The notes under the pieces are model-generated. The model was not told the origin of the DNA. It made no database searches and saw only the letters and a list, made by a program, of their open reading frames with translations. From Eledone cirrhosa (lineage: Eukaryota), in NCBI GenBank assembly GCA_964016885.1, contig OZ024743.1:17298001-17362000 (forward strand): a DNA stretch of 64,000 nucleotides. The letters run 5' to 3'. Every line of letters starts with the position of its first letter. Position 1 is the first letter of the stretch. Below are positions 41,300 to 57,024 of this stretch, piece by piece. The position numbers and the translations under genes were made by a program.

Positions 41300-41800
41300 G
41301 TCTTGTCTTATGCGGACGACTTCAACTTGATGTCGAACACTTCGGAATCGCGGTGGTCGGCAACTATATAGAAGTATATGAAACGGTGAAGAGGCAAAAT
41401 TAAACCGGATAAGTCGGTGCATTTTCAGTTCAGTACTTGGAGAGGCAATACCATGACTTTCAATAGTGTTGTCAGAGCCTTGACGGAGGATCCGGTCAAT
41501 TTATTGGGGTCTGATGCAGTCCGAACCTACTGGTAATTGAAAAGAGACGACGTTACAAGTAAAGAAATCACTGCTACCGAGAAATCGACGTAAATCTATA
41601 TCTGCGAGGTCGGCTGAAATGTGCAAACGCAGGCGTCTCTTCCAGCATATATTACCACTTGTCATATTTTCCTTAACCCAATCATTGACTCACAACATTG
41701 GAGGGCCAGCATTTACATGTTGTGTAAAAGGGACATTTTCCACTAGTCAAGCATTCCATTTGCTGCCAACACATTTTGCGTGGATGGATGGGCTTGCCAT
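41300..41800 (+). pseudogene. Possible highly decayed RTE/L2-type LINE C-terminus
   Basis: Weak peptide echoes RRIRSIYW and KRRRLFQHIL; locally higher GC. Confidence 0.25.
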
Positions 41801-42239
41801 GGCTGATGATATGCAACAGACACTCACGTTAAGGCTAGATATTCCTAAGCTGTGAAAATATGTTCCTTGTATGAGGCACGTGTTTCTGCAACTCGTCTTT
41901 TCAGGCTCTCACACGCTCTACTGATCGGGAAATTCAGTCAGTAGAAATTACAAAAAAGTGACCTATACAAAACTAGTCGTGGGCGAATTGACGACGTATT
42001 TGGGAAGACACTGGGCATCGACAAGATGGAACTAGCCAGTTTGTTCCGAAGGAATTACTTTCCAAGGCAAATGGATAACCTCCAGAAATCTCTGGCATGA
42101 CAGTGCTACCAGGGCGCACTGTAAGTTAAAAACAATGTCTACAGATATGGAAGTTGGTGTGAGACACATGTAAAACCAAACTACATTGTTCTGTTAAATC
42201 GTCCTTTGTATTACGTCCACTAATGAACAATAAATAAAT

Positions 42240-42428
42240 AATTGTTTCTACTTTTGGCACAAGGCCAGCAATTACCTAGTGCATTACTGGTACTTTATTT
42301 TATCGACCCCGTAAGGATGAAAGGCAAAGTCAACCTCGGCGGGATTTTAACTCAGATCGTAAAGGGACGTAATTCTATGCTGGAAAGTATGGCGTCCGAC
42401 CCTCTACCGATACTGCCAATCAACCGCT
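42240..42428 (-). mobile_element. tRNA-derived SINE
   Basis: Reverse complement of the SINE consensus seen elsewhere in the window. Confidence 0.9.
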
Positions 42429-45134
42429 TGTTGATGTTGTTATTGTATTTTTTTATGTTGTTATTTTTACAACTAATATTAAAATCATGGAGAGAGTCGT
42501 TAGAGCGTTGAAAAACATCTATTAAATATCAGTTTAGGAGTGTACGTTCAAAGTTGAAACTTTACGGATACCATATAATAAAGTACCTGTGAAAAAATGG
42601 TTTTGCTCTAATTGAATCGCTAATTTATTCTCAAATCCGCATAAACATTTCACATTCACCTAAGTTATGAAACAGTAATAACACTAACAATGCCACCAAC
42701 ATCCTCATCATATTTATTTACGTTGTCGTCTTCAAATCACATTCATTTTCAGCTGTGTGAAAGTTTCTGAACGAAAAATAAACATTTTATTATTTCTAAG
42801 TGCTTTCTAAATTCCGTATTTGAATTGCTACGTACACACTATCGACTGATATGCTTAATTATGACATAAGTGATTTGTAGTTGCTGTGCTATAATCATTT
42901 ATAGCGTTGTGATATTTCTTTTGGGATTACTTTATATTATTATATTCTCTTATTTTCTAGATATATATTATTTTCCATTGGGAATCATTGTAGAAATTGT
43001 ATTGGAGATTTCCATCAAACTTCCTCTAGAAAACATTTCTAAATCCACCTATTAGGTAATTAATTAAAACAATTTACCTGCCGTAACCACTCATATAAAC
43101 GGAAAGTTTGTATTTCTTCACGGTAGGCGTTCTTTGTTTTTCCTTCCCCACTTTGTACATAGACAGTAAGTTTTTGGCTACAAATAAGAGTATATCCAAA
43201 ACTGTTCCAATATTTGTAGAAACATGTTATTATAATGTTTGCGTTAAGGCTATACAATGTATCGGTAATAATATACTTGCAATATGTCCCCATGCGATGT
43301 CGAATCATAGTTTAACACCCTTCACTCTTTAATAAGAGTATAGGAAAAAGGGATTTGATACAATATTTTTGGATGTTGCCTACCTATTGAACCTAATATA
43401 ATGGGAATAGCATTTGGAATGATGTGCTTTCTATTTATCTTTATATGTAAGTGAAGAAAGGAGTACATGTATTAGTATATTACGCTAATGCAGATGATAG
43501 AACACATGCACTTCTTTATAATTCAAAGGTTTCCATTGTTCATATTATAGCTCTGACTTTTATTCATGTGAATACATTATACCGATATAATTGCGAATGC
43601 ATATATCTTCGAGTCATCAGGAATTACATATATTACACAATAGACATTTATATTTTCCTAAAGAATATTCCTCGTAAATGAAAATTGAATGGTGATTTAC
43701 AAGTGATATCTTATAAATGATATTATGAAATATCAGTTCCTGTTCATTTAAATGCACATCCGATTGAGTTTAAAGTGTGATTGTTTCTTACCTCTGTATT
43801 ATGTATTTCCAGACATGTTAATAAGCACTATCATTGTTTGAAAACAATAACCAGTACTATCGCCTTGAAGAGAGGACACATCCATCGTACATTTGAATAA
43901 ATAGAAGTAACCAAAATACTAGTAATATTTCCTTGTTCTATATTTGAAAAAAGGAAAACTATAATTGAGATTCGATTATGAAATTCACTAGAAATAACCA
44001 CGTTGTGTGCAACCGCAACTTCGTATATAGACCACAATCTACATAAAAAAGAAATTATTTGAAAAGCTGGAATCTGTTCAACTCTCATTCAATGCATTAT
44101 TTCAGACTTTAATTTCTATTCTCAGTTGCCTGATTAACTGTTTCATATAACAGCATATGTACATACATATGTGACTTTAAAGTAAAAATACAAATTCTCA
44201 AGTAAGGTAAACCACAATGCTCCTTTTGATTATAAGGAATGGAAGATAATATGCATATAATTATAACATATATATATAGGCAGAACGATACATGCATAAA
44301 CGCACATACTCACATACATACATATTTATAAATATATATATGTGTGTGTGTGTGTGTTCATTGCTGGGTGTGAGTGAGTATATGTGTGTGTTACGGCGTG
44401 TGTATATATATGTATTTTACAAGTACTACATATATTCTAACACTTGATTCCATGAATAGAGGCAATACTGAAACCATATTTTAGATTACACATTATACAG
44501 GCAAAGAGAGCAAAATTATTTTCCAAGAGTTCATTTAAATTTCGATTGAACCAACTTCTAAATAGATTCGACAACGCATTACAATATTGTGTACGAAAAC
44601 TTCAGAGCACTGCTAATGTTTTTTTGAGACATGACAACACACCTCGTACTTCACCAATGTATTATAATATGTTGTTTAAAGTAAATAACGACAATGCTTT
44701 GACATTCGTAGACCTGATGAATATGCATACATCTAACAGCCAGATCCATACAGTGATCATGTCTCGAGCTATCTGCCGGCGAAACAATTGTAACATGCAA
44801 TAAACTGAGTCCAGATGCATCACTGATCTTTGGTTTTGATACTATCCACACTCTGCTCTGTATGAATATTGAGTGCTAATTTTGGCATACCGCCTATGGA
44901 AGCACCATAGCTACCATTATACACACGTATATGTATATATATATGTATTATGTTGAGTTAATAACTCATAATACTCCCTTATATTAAAATTTGCTCGCGC
45001 AAAGAATTCCGACCCCTTATCCTTTTAATTGAGTTCGTACTAACTTTAGGTAATATATTCTTCACCTTGATAGTATCCCTTATTATTTGAACACACACAT
45101 ACATACACTCACACTCACACCACACGCATATATA

Positions 45135-45196
<62 letters not shown>

Positions 45197-45198
<2 letters not shown>

Positions 45199-46112
45199 AT
45201 AAGGGCGCTGCGGAGTTGCAAATGGGTTACCTATGAAAAAAGTTTGTCCTTCATCAGTGATCTTCCAACTATCATAGGTAATTCATCGCTTTAAAGACCA
45301 TATACCTCCGGTTGGTGCGAGCAACGGCTAAAAAAAGTCGTTTGGACACGTAAATAAAGGGGACGCGAGGGTAAACAAACAAAATGGTGAGGCAACAGAA
45401 GGTGAGGAAGAAGGAGACAAGTCCCAGGGTGAGGTAAGGAAGAGGCTAACAGAGAGAGAGACTGCTAGAAAGGGTAAAGATACATAGAACGAAAAAGACG
45501 GTGTAGCAGCAGAGGAAAAAATATGTGTAAATATGATAAGGGCGCTGCGGAGTTGCAAATTTCATATGTAACCCATTTGCAACTCCGCAGCGCCCTTATT
45601 TACACATATTTTTTCCTCCGCTGCTACACCGTCTTTTTCGTTCTATGTATCTTTACCCTTTCTAGCAGTCTCTCTCTCTGTTAGCCTCTTCCTCACCTCA
45701 CCCTTCACTCACTCATTCTCTGTCAATACCTCTCCTCCTCCTCCTCTTTCTTCCCGTTTGACCTGTGAGTAACTCTTTTCTCTCACATTCTCGGCCAAGC
45801 TGGTCGGAATTTTTTCTCTCTCTTCTACGATTTCACAGAACTTATGTTTACCGAATTCGCAGACCAGACCCCTTTTTCCTCCCGTTAGACCTGTGCGAAA
45901 TTCCCTCCTTGCTCACATTTCAACCAGGTTTGATGGTCTTTATTCTCTCGTTCACGATTTCACCGAACTTAAATTCATAGAAATCTGGGACTTGTCTCCT
46001 TCTTCCTCACCTTCTGTTGCCTCACCATTTTGTTTGTTTACCCTCGCGTCCCCTTTATTTACGTGTCCCAACGACTTTTTTTAGCCGTTGCTCGCACCAA
46101 CCGGAGGTATAT

Positions 46113-46115
<3 letters not shown>
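45197..46115. mobile_element. ORF-less fold-back element with ~338-bp terminally redundant unit, between (TA)n tracts
   Basis: AAGGGCGCTGCGGAGTTGCAAAT at 45201 and 45538; inverted copy from 45568 with an extra ~285 bp internally. Confidence 0.8.
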
Positions 46116-46161
<46 letters not shown>

Positions 46162-48180
46162 GTGGTGGGAGAAAACGATAAAAAGAGTATGCAGTGTGTA
46201 GAGAGACAGAGAGAGTTACAGATGTGCCAATAGTTTTGCGGGCTGATGTCTGTGCGAGTGCGTATGTGTTTGTGTGTGTGTATGCGTATGTGTGTGTGTG
46301 TGTATATGTGTGTTTGTGTGTGTATATTACGGGGTCTTAAACAAATAAATATTTCATATACACCGATATATTCGTACTAAACTTCTGAAGCAGCTTATAT
46401 TTTGTCTTCCGTGTTACCGCGGATTTGTTGAGGAGACGATGGACAATATTCGACTTGTTGTAATTGTGTCAATCTTCCTCTATTTGTCTGTAATATTTTG
46501 ACAGTTTGCTTCTCTTTCTACTCTCAATCACTTCCTTTCCCTTGTAATGTTTCTTCTTGTTTAATATCTGATTGTGATATATCAATTAGTGAGAAACAAC
46601 GTGTAGTTTACATACACTAAACAAGTGGAGATGACATAGAAAAACCGAAATACAATGAATGAAGCGTCAGTTAGAATATAATTATAAAGCAGACGATTAA
46701 CGTGTATGTGTGTAATTCGTTCGTGATCTCTCTTAATAGTATTACAACTCATCATATAACATGCCAGAACAGAAACTGTGTATCACACAAATCGCATATT
46801 GGTTTATTGATGAATACTTATTTCATATATTCTTAATCAGTGGCGTTTATCCAAAACGTTTCCCATTTCTACCTGGCCTTTAACCTCTATAGTCTTTCAT
46901 AACATTCATATCAATATTCCATTTTACCATCTCTTAATATGTCTTCTCTTCGCGATAATAGTATTCACGCGATAATAGTATTTTACGTAGACGAGTAGGA
47001 GTTAGACCTATTTGTATTAAGTTCTTTCAACGTTTTATCCACTCAAACAATTTTTTTTTCTATATTATCTAAAATTACACAATGATGTTTAGGGTGAGAC
47101 ACATTTATTAACAAGCAATGGAAAAGATAAATCCATGAAATTAATCCATGAAATTAATATTTCCTGAAATGCAGCAGCATAAACTATATAAATCTCTCAC
47201 ATCGCAAATTAGCTAACGCCTACCGTCAACAATTGATCAGATTCAAAATTTAAACCATAATACACCAACACAATCCTATAAAGAATTATATATATACATA
47301 TGCCAACACACCAGGACAGAAGCTACAGGTGTTGCAATCGATCAGAGAAAGTAACATAATCAATATCTTAACAATACTAAGACATTCATGAAAACCAGCA
47401 ACTAAATAAAACATACCATAACAACTACAATATCAATGAGGAAATGAGTTTGAAAAGATGTTTTAGACAAGAACATAGAAATATCTACACAATAATTACA
47501 AAATAATTCCAATCAATAATGTTCAATATTTCGCACAAAACAATAAATGCAGCACTATCATTTTAAATTTACAATAATAAAGAGAGAAATACACATAGTA
47601 AAATATATTTCCCAGCTGTTCCAGATAAGGCAAAATCATATCTATAGACTGAAATATTCATGAACATTTCCCCCGCCACATCCGCACAACCAAAAGCTAA
47701 TACGTATATAGACAAATACATAAATAAGTGAATGAAAACGTACGGAATCACTGAAATTCAGAAACATTGAAAATATATATTTCCCTATTTTGCATTTATA
47801 TTGCTTTGTTATTATATTTATATATAGTATTCACTTTTTTCAACTAGTTTCCGTAACAAATATGTCTAAAATACTATTTGTATGATTCGATTTCCATTGA
47901 ATATAAGAAAATTGGATCAATGTTCCCATCAATTAACATTGCTATTAAGAAAGCATTTCAACCTAAATTCTCTTACACGTGTCAATAGTAAATCATGACA
48001 ATTATTGATTACTAGTCATACACATAAGTTTATATATATATATATGTATATATATTGAAAACATATCAACCATCACAATCTCCGTGTTTTAAATTTTATA
48101 TATGTCACTATCCTGAATATAAATTTTGAGTGGTTACACATACACACACACACACATATATGTATATATACATATATATA

Positions 48181-48284
<104 letters not shown>

Positions 48285-48743
48285 TAAACGGAATAGAAAA
48301 TGCTGACAAATTGTTCACAGTTGAAAAATGGTTTAATTAGGAATAAAAGAGTATTAGTGATTGTATGGGTTAGTGTTCAGTTGTGGTTTTAAGTTTTTAA
48401 GTTTTTACCGGTTGCGCATTTCTAAATGCTTTTCAAAAATAATTTTGAGATAGAGTGTCCGTGCTGTTTGCTCTGATCTGATTAGTTTTGGGAATTCTAC
48501 CTGTTTTTATGTTAAAAAACTGGCTCCAATTTGCAAAAATTCTTGTGGTCAAAACAATTTTGATTGGTCGGTAGAGGTCATGTGAATGTAAAAAATTGAT
48601 TTTGCGCCAAGACTGTTTTTATGTAAAAAAAGTGGCTCCAGCAAAAATCCTTGTGGTCAAAATAATTTTGATTGGTCGGTAGAGGTCATGTGAATAAAAA
48701 ATTGGTTTTGCGCCAAGATTGAGAAATGACTCTTTCACAACAA

Positions 48744-48803
<60 letters not shown>

Positions 48804-48872
48804 TAGTAGTAGTAAGGAGTTCGATGTTGTGATAATGGTTAGCAGCGATGTGTCTCAAATGGCTATTAAGAT

Positions 48873-48929
<57 letters not shown>

Positions 48930-49200
48930 GCAGAGTAATTCGTGGTGGCAGGGATGGTGAGTAAGAGTGTGTTTGAAAGCAATGGGGGGTATTTTAGCAT
49001 GTCAAAAGATATTTTTCAGCTTTTGTCTTATACGGAGAAGTGCGTGTGTGTGTGTGTGTGTGTATATATAAGTCTCTTTGTATGTTGATGTACGCGTGTG
49101 TATGTGTGTGTGTATATATGTGTGTGTGTGTATGTGTGTGTGGGTGGAGCAGTATTTTTGTTTTTCCCCCTGGTAAAATGGTGTACATTATTCGACTTTT

Positions 49201-49274
<74 letters not shown>

Positions 49275-49426
49275 TACATATATATACATATATATATGTG
49301 CACATATATTTTCTTGTGTTGCACCATAGAGCATGTGTGTTTACGTATGTCATTGTGATTATATGTGGATAGAGATGTGTGCTGATGTAGAGATGTATGT
49401 TGACGTGTGTATGTTGTGGGTTCGTC

Positions 49427-51637
49427 TTAGGGAGAAGTGTTTAGACGGGGTCCGTATTTATTAATGAAGTAAGATTCCTTGCTGATGCGCTGGGTGTGGG
49501 TGGCATTATCTTTAAATTTGTAGAGGGGAGAGATTCTGAAGTTGGGATGATTTTGGGCGGCACAGGTATCAATGTGTTCACTCAGTGGTATTTTCCTGTA
49601 TTCCCGTATTTTGATTTGGGATCTATGGACAGTCATGCGTTGGTGGAGGCTGTTTTTGGTCTGGCCTATGTATTGTTCTCGACAACCTGAACAAGTTAAT
49701 ACATATATTAGATTTTCCGATACACATGTCAAATTGTGTTTTACTATAAAACGTTGTCCATCTTTGAAATAGAATTCCGAACCCTCTATTAGGTTGATGC
49801 AAATGCCACAGTTGGGTCTATCGCATTTTTTTACTGTGGGTTTCGTTGTTGTGGTTAGCAGTACTTTGGCATGTGTTAAGATGTTTTTCATTGACTTGGA
49901 TTGTATTTTGCTCTTTATGATGTCGTGTGTTCGTAGAATTTGGTTCATTCTATAGTCATTTTTCAATACAGGGATGTTCTGGAGGATGGTGTCAAAGGCC
50001 TCATTGTTGAAGGGGTTGCGTGTGGAGATGTATGGAAGAGCTTTTAGTTTTGGTTGATTTACTTTAGGGTGTCTAAGGTCCTGGATACAGAGTTTTAGGG
50101 CACGTTGGATTCCATTGTCAATTAGTGATGCAGGGTAGTCCCTGCCTATGAGTGTGTCCTTTAGTTCTTGTAGCCGTAAGTAGCAGATGTTTTTATTGGA
50201 GACTATAGTACATATTCTCTTGGCTAAGTTGTAGGGAATACTAATTTTAACGTGTCTAGGGTAGCAAGAGTTGAAGGGGAGATATTGCTTGGAGTCTGTG
50301 GGCTTGTAGTATATGTCTGTTTCTATTTTTTTGTTATGGATCTTAATGAGGATGTCGAGGAAGGGGAGTTGTTGATGGCTGTATTCCATCGTGAAGTTAA
50401 TATTTGTATTGAGCCCATTTATAAGGATGTGAAATTCTTTAAGTTGTTCGATATTTTCGGGCCATAGGATGAAGCAGTCGTCTAGATATTGCTTCCAGTT
50501 CCTTTCAATGTGTAAGTGGAGGGTGTTTCCAAATTTGTTTAGGACTTTAGTGTAGAGGGTGATTTCCAGGTATCCCATGACGAGGTTGGCATAAGTGGGG
50601 GCTGTTTTCGTTCCCATAGCGGTCCCAGATTTCTGCCTGTAGGGTTTGTTATTGAAAACGAAGTAATTGTTCTCCAAGATAAATTTGAGTCCCTCTATCA
50701 CGAATTCTTTTTTGATGCGTTGTGGGAGTTCATTGTGGAAATTATCCAGCCAGAATTGGATAGCTTCTATTCCTAGGCTGTGGGGGATGTTGGAGTATAG
50801 GTTGACTACATCGAACGTCACTAGTAGGGTTTGTTCAGAAAGTGGCATATTAGGGAGGTGATTGAGCATATCTAGGTCGTCCCTTATATAGCTTTTGATG
50901 TGCTTGAGGAAGGGTTTGAGAAGGGTATCAATGAAGTTGCTAAGACGGTGCGTTTCGCAAGCGGGGCCTGCTATTATAGGTCTTAATTTGAGATCATTGG
51001 GTGAGGGGACATTGATGACTATGTCTGTGGCTTCCTTGCATGCCTTACTTATTGATTCGCTTTTATGTACTTTAGGGATACCGTAGAAAAGGCTGGATTT
51101 ACTTGTGAAGTCTGTGATGAAGCTGAATTCCTTGTTAGTGAGTCCTTCTTTGTATTGGTTGATTATAGTTTTTAGGTTTCTCATAATTTTCTGTTGATTG
51201 TAGTGTTCAGCCTTTTCGTAGTATGTTTCGTTTTCCAAAGTGGAGAGCGCTAAGTTGATATAGAATTCTGTCTCCATTAGGACTACTGTACTCCCTTTAT
51301 CAGCCTCTTTAATTGTAATGGTTCTGTCGGTTTTTAATCTATTTAATTCTTCCCATTCTTTCTTGTTGAGGTTTGGCTTGTGTTTTTGTCTGTGCAAGTG
51401 TTGGTAAGGGAAGTTTGTGATGTGTTCACAAAATTCGTCCAGGATTTTATTTCTACCTTTTGAAGGGGTGTAATTGCTTCTATTTCTGGCTAATGATTCA
51501 TCCTCATTGTACTGGTCGAATAGTTGTTCACTAAGTCGTAACTTTCTACAGAAGTCTGTTATGTCTTCCTTCATTTCATAGTAGTTAGGACGTAGTGGGG
51601 TCGGTGTGAATTTAAGACCTTTGGAGAGTAAGTTCAT
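49427..51637 (-). CDS. PLE reverse transcriptase + Zn finger + GIY-YIG endonuclease (736 aa; N-terminus further upstream is decayed)
   Basis: LLSKGLKFTPTP, ADKG, RPII, FDVVNLY, GTAMG, YLDD, FLD, YYKPT, CxxxxCxxC linker, LIY..CxxC..YIGQT, R...H. Confidence 0.95.
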   Translation of the reverse strand: MNLLSKGLKFTPTPLRPNYYEMKEDITDFCRKLRLSEQLFDQYNEDESLARNRSNYTPSKGRNKILDEFCEHITNFPYQHLHRQKHKPNLNKKEWEELNRLKTDRTITIKEADKGSTVVLMETEFYINLALSTLENETYYEKAEHYNQQKIMRNLKTIINQYKEGLTNKEFSFITDFTSKSSLFYGIPKVHKSESISKACKEATDIVINVPSPNDLKLRPIIAGPACETHRLSNFIDTLLKPFLKHIKSYIRDDLDMLNHLPNMPLSEQTLLVTFDVVNLYSNIPHSLGIEAIQFWLDNFHNELPQRIKKEFVIEGLKFILENNYFVFNNKPYRQKSGTAMGTKTAPTYANLVMGYLEITLYTKVLNKFGNTLHLHIERNWKQYLDDCFILWPENIEQLKEFHILINGLNTNINFTMEYSHQQLPFLDILIKIHNKKIETDIYYKPTDSKQYLPFNSCYPRHVKISIPYNLAKRICTIVSNKNICYLRLQELKDTLIGRDYPASLIDNGIQRALKLCIQDLRHPKVNQPKLKALPYISTRNPFNNEAFDTILQNIPVLKNDYRMNQILRTHDIIKSKIQSKSMKNILTHAKVLLTTTTKPTVKKCDRPNCGICINLIEGSEFYFKDGQRFIVKHNLTCVSENLIYVLTCSGCREQYIGQTKNSLHQRMTVHRSQIKIREYRKIPLSEHIDTCAAQNHPNFRISPLYKFKDNATHTQRISKESYFINKYGPRLNTSP

Positions 51638-52545
51638 AAGGTTGGGTGTTGGTTCTGCACTAGTAAGATTGATAATTTTTATTACTATCGGTTTCTCCTC
51701 CCTGTCTTGTGTTATTTTGTTTGCCTGTATCTGTGTGCTGTGTCTAAAAAATGGTTGGGGTAGAGGGGTTGTCTGCTGATGTTAAGTGGTCTCCTGTGTT
51801 TGTTATATTCCTTGTTGTTGTAAAATGTGGTTCGGGTTGGTGGTTGTAGATTGAATGGGGTGTTCCTGTACTGCGAGTATGGGTGTGTGTTCCTATGTGC
51901 CATGTTGTATTGTGGTGTTATAAGTGGCCTACGTTGTTGGTTGTATCGTGTGGTGTGGGTTTGTTGTGTATTGTGGAAGCGAGAGTTGAGAAAATGGTAA
52001 TTACCATGCTGTCCCCTTGAAGCGGGGAAGTTGTTACATCTATCATGGCGGTGGTATCTTTTCCCTATGTTTGACGATGTGGCATCCGCGTAGTAGTTGA
52101 GTGATTTGGTATGGTGTCTCCTTGAAGGGGGAAAGTTGTAAATGTCATTCTGGGGGAGATGATTTCTTGGATTTGTGTTCCTTCTTATGGTAGCGAGGTT
52201 GGGAAGTTCATCTTCGGTGTGGTGCTTCCTTCTTCGTTTGTTAGAGGCTTGGGGGTTTGAGAAGTTGTTGTGCGGTTCAGTTATGGGTTTTCCTATTTTT
52301 ATGAACGGGTTATTGGAGGTGTAATCCGTTTGAAAAGTCGATTCATAGTGTAGGAACCAAGCGGCACTTTTTTCCCAGCGTTGAAGGGATTTCAGTTCTT
52401 CTCTGTTGCAGTCCCCTTTCCATAATTTGGAGATCTTCTCTACCTTGGAGCCTTCAGTTTTTGTTGTTTTTTAACATAAAAACAGGTAGAATTCCCAAAA
52501 CTAATCAGATCAGAGCAAACAGCACGGACACTCTATCTCAAAATT

Positions 52546-52584
52546 ATTTTTGAAAAGCATTTAGAAATGCGCAACCGGTAAAAA
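52546..52584 (+). ncRNA. Variant hammerhead in Neptune pLTR (UUGAAAA / GCAA); second copy at 48402-48440 (-)
   Basis: TTT TTGAAAA GCATT-TAGA-AATGC GCAA CCGG TA AAA; palindromic ACCGGT stem III and GUA site. Confidence 0.6.
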
Positions 52585-52740
52585 CTTAAAAACTTAAAAC
52601 CACAACTGAACACTAACCCATACAATCACTAATACTCTTTTATTCCTAATTAAACCATTTTTCAACTGTGAACAATTTGTCAGCATTTTCTATTCTGTTT
52701 ACCAATATATAATAACTTGTGTGTTACACCTCTATTCTTT

Positions 52741-54216
<1,476 letters not shown>

Positions 54217-54732
54217 CGTGTGTAACCACTCAAAATTTATATTCAGGATAGGGACATATATACAATTTAAAACACGGATTTTGTGATGGTTGATATGTTT
54301 TCAATACTTTTGTGTACACAATTGATAATATATATGAACGAATGCAATTAACGATAATAACATTTCGGTATATCATAGAAATATGCAATGAAAAACATCA
54401 TCTATACTTCCACATAGACAAACACACCCAACTGTACACATATATTTATTAGAACATACAAATAATGACACACACATTGTAGGTGGTTGTATATATGTGT
54501 GTGTGAATCCAAAGTAGATATCCAACATCGTCCGTATGAGTGTTTTTACAAATTTAAATAAATATATATCCACCTACATGTCGTCATTTCTAACATAATT
54601 TATTATCGCTTTTCTCTTCTCTCACTTCCACTCTCAACATAAACATAATACATATATGTGTGCATCTATGTATGTATATATGTCTATACGTATATAACAA
54701 TCGATATCAATATATGCATATATATATATTTA

Positions 54733-54771
<39 letters not shown>

Positions 54772-54777
<6 letters not shown>

Positions 54778-54995
54778 GAGAGTTATAAAGTCAAATAGTC
54801 TTTTACAATTAAATAGCTCAAAGAAAGGGATATTTCTGAGCCGTGTAATACAAATGAATATATGATAGGGATAAACACTAATACAAGCATATAAGTGTTT
54901 GTATTGCAAATGAACAAGCTAGATAGAAATATCCCTTTCTCTGAGCTATTTAATTGTAAAAGAATATTTGAGTTTATAACTCTATATATAATATT
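54772..54995. repeat. Short inverted repeat at the end of a small ORF-less element
   Basis: 54772-54837 is the reverse complement of 54925-54992; 54840-54920 is also inverted relative to 55335-55415. Confidence 0.75.
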
Positions 54996-55411
54996 CTCGG
55001 CTCCATGCGTTGAGCTAATTTCTAGTCCCATAAAAACGGCTGCTATGTTTAGCGGCACAAGTATAGGACGCGCTAGACGCTGGGATACATGTGCGTTCAA
55101 CAACACAGTTATCTCATTCTTCCTAAGTATTTTGAAGTGAACCTTACCAATTTCTGGATACCTGCAGATGAGCACAGGAATAGGAAATGTCACTTAATTG
55201 TTGCGGATCAAATTTAAAATTTGAAATTTAAATTTGTCCAGGTATCACGGCCATTGCCAATATAGGTTTCTTTTTATTGATTTATTATTTTAAATCGAGA
55301 CAGGCAAACTGTATTATTTTAATTAGTATTTTTCAATCTAGCTAGCTTGGTCACTTGCAAAACAAACACTTATAAACTTGTATTAGTGTTTATCCCTATC
55401 ATATATCCATT

Positions 55412-55458
<47 letters not shown>

Positions 55459-55511
55459 CAGGACAGAAGAGTGACATGGTTTGCTATACAAAAAACGTTT
55501 TTAATCTCATT

Positions 55512-55617
55512 GCTGACAATTGTTTCTCTGAACTGGTAGGTCTAGAGATCGCTATCTGCTTATGTTCACGTTACTCGATCGTCAATACAAAGTTATAACC
55601 AGTCAGTTCATCGGAGC
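55512..55617 (-). ncRNA. Type I hammerhead, CCGAUGA core, long stem II
   Basis: RC reads GCT CCGATGA A-CTGA-CTGGT...ACCAG-T-TCAG-A GAAA CAATTG TC AGC. Confidence 0.75.
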
Positions 55618-56928
55618 TTGCGAGAATGAAAAGAATATACATGCATGAAAAGAATATACAGGCTACTATATTTAGTAGTAATGGCATTCAGTCAGAACAG
55701 TAACAACAATATCAACAATGCTATCAATAAATTATTTAAAATAATCACAACATCAATCTAGGTGGGAAGTATAGTATACCTACGATTTTAGCGTGTAAAA
55801 CTAGCTGACATCAGGCAGATGTATAAAATTGACATGTAAAAACTGTCGTAGGGTGTATTATATCTAGTGTAAAGATAAGCTGGTGTCTTTAAACAATGTA
55901 GGTCAGGTGGCTGTAATATTCGGTTTTTATCTGACAGATGAAGGATTTATCACTGTAGTGGATTTGGGTGGTCTATATTCGATGAGATGGCCGTCTAGCT
56001 TTCTCATCATCAATAACATACATGTATAAGACAACGCTAACAAAGAAGCTAAATAATGGGTAAGTTAATACAGAGGTAAGGAGGCAATATATATATACAC
56101 ACATGCACACAAACATATATATATATATACACACACACATACATATAAAGAGAAAACATGCAGATTATAATTATAGCAGGAGGAAGGTACAGTTCTGTTG
56201 TAGTAGTATTTTGAAATGTTCTTGGATTTAGGATCAAGTGCTGACAGCAACTAAGAAGAGATATGTTTATGGGTTGATGAGGTACTTACAGACATTAGTG
56301 TGGTATAGAACTAAGAAGGCTAGAATGTACTTAATGATTATATATCTGTGGTGGTTCGTGCAGAGTAGTGGGTATTCTAGTTGAAAGCTATGTCACGTCG
56401 GTTCGATTTACGAAGGTTTAAATCTTATGAATTTAGTGGCGATCCTGTGTCTGCAGAAGATAGATCTTCTAACTTATTGTTAAGTAGCCTTTTTACATTT
56501 CTAAGGATATAGAGTAGTTTTAGATCACATAGCCTAAAGTGGGACATACATGTACTGTAGGTTTTAGCGGCCGACAATCATAGACCATTTGATACTGTAC
56601 CTAGTTTTGCTGTCCTTCACTTCCCATATTTTTTTGGCGAGGGTTGTAGAACCCATAAGTGCACGGTTTTTCATCGAGTAACTGTGCACATACCATCTTT
56701 TTTTTGTAATGCCAAGTGGCGTTGTCTGAGTTGACCGTACACATGTACACATGCCCGTTGGGGTGTTGCTGCTGCGCGCTTGTATGTGCTTGCGGTTGTG
56801 ATACTGTGATGTGTTTATGCTTATAATTTAGTGCAATGTTGCGCATAGGTGGGGCCGATTGCCATTACTACTAAATATAGTAGCATGTATATTCTGTTCA
56901 TGCCTGTATATTATTTTCATTCTCGCAA

Positions 56929-57024
56929 GCTCCGATGAACTGACTGGTTATAACTTTGTATTGGCGATCGAGTAACGTGAAAATAAGCGAATAGACCTAC
57001 CAGTTCAGAGAAACAATTGTCAGC
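56929..57024 (+). ncRNA. Type I hammerhead, CCGAUGA core, long stem II
   Basis: GCT CCGATGA ACTGACTGGT...ACCAGTTCAGA GAAA CAATTG TC AGC. Confidence 0.75.
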
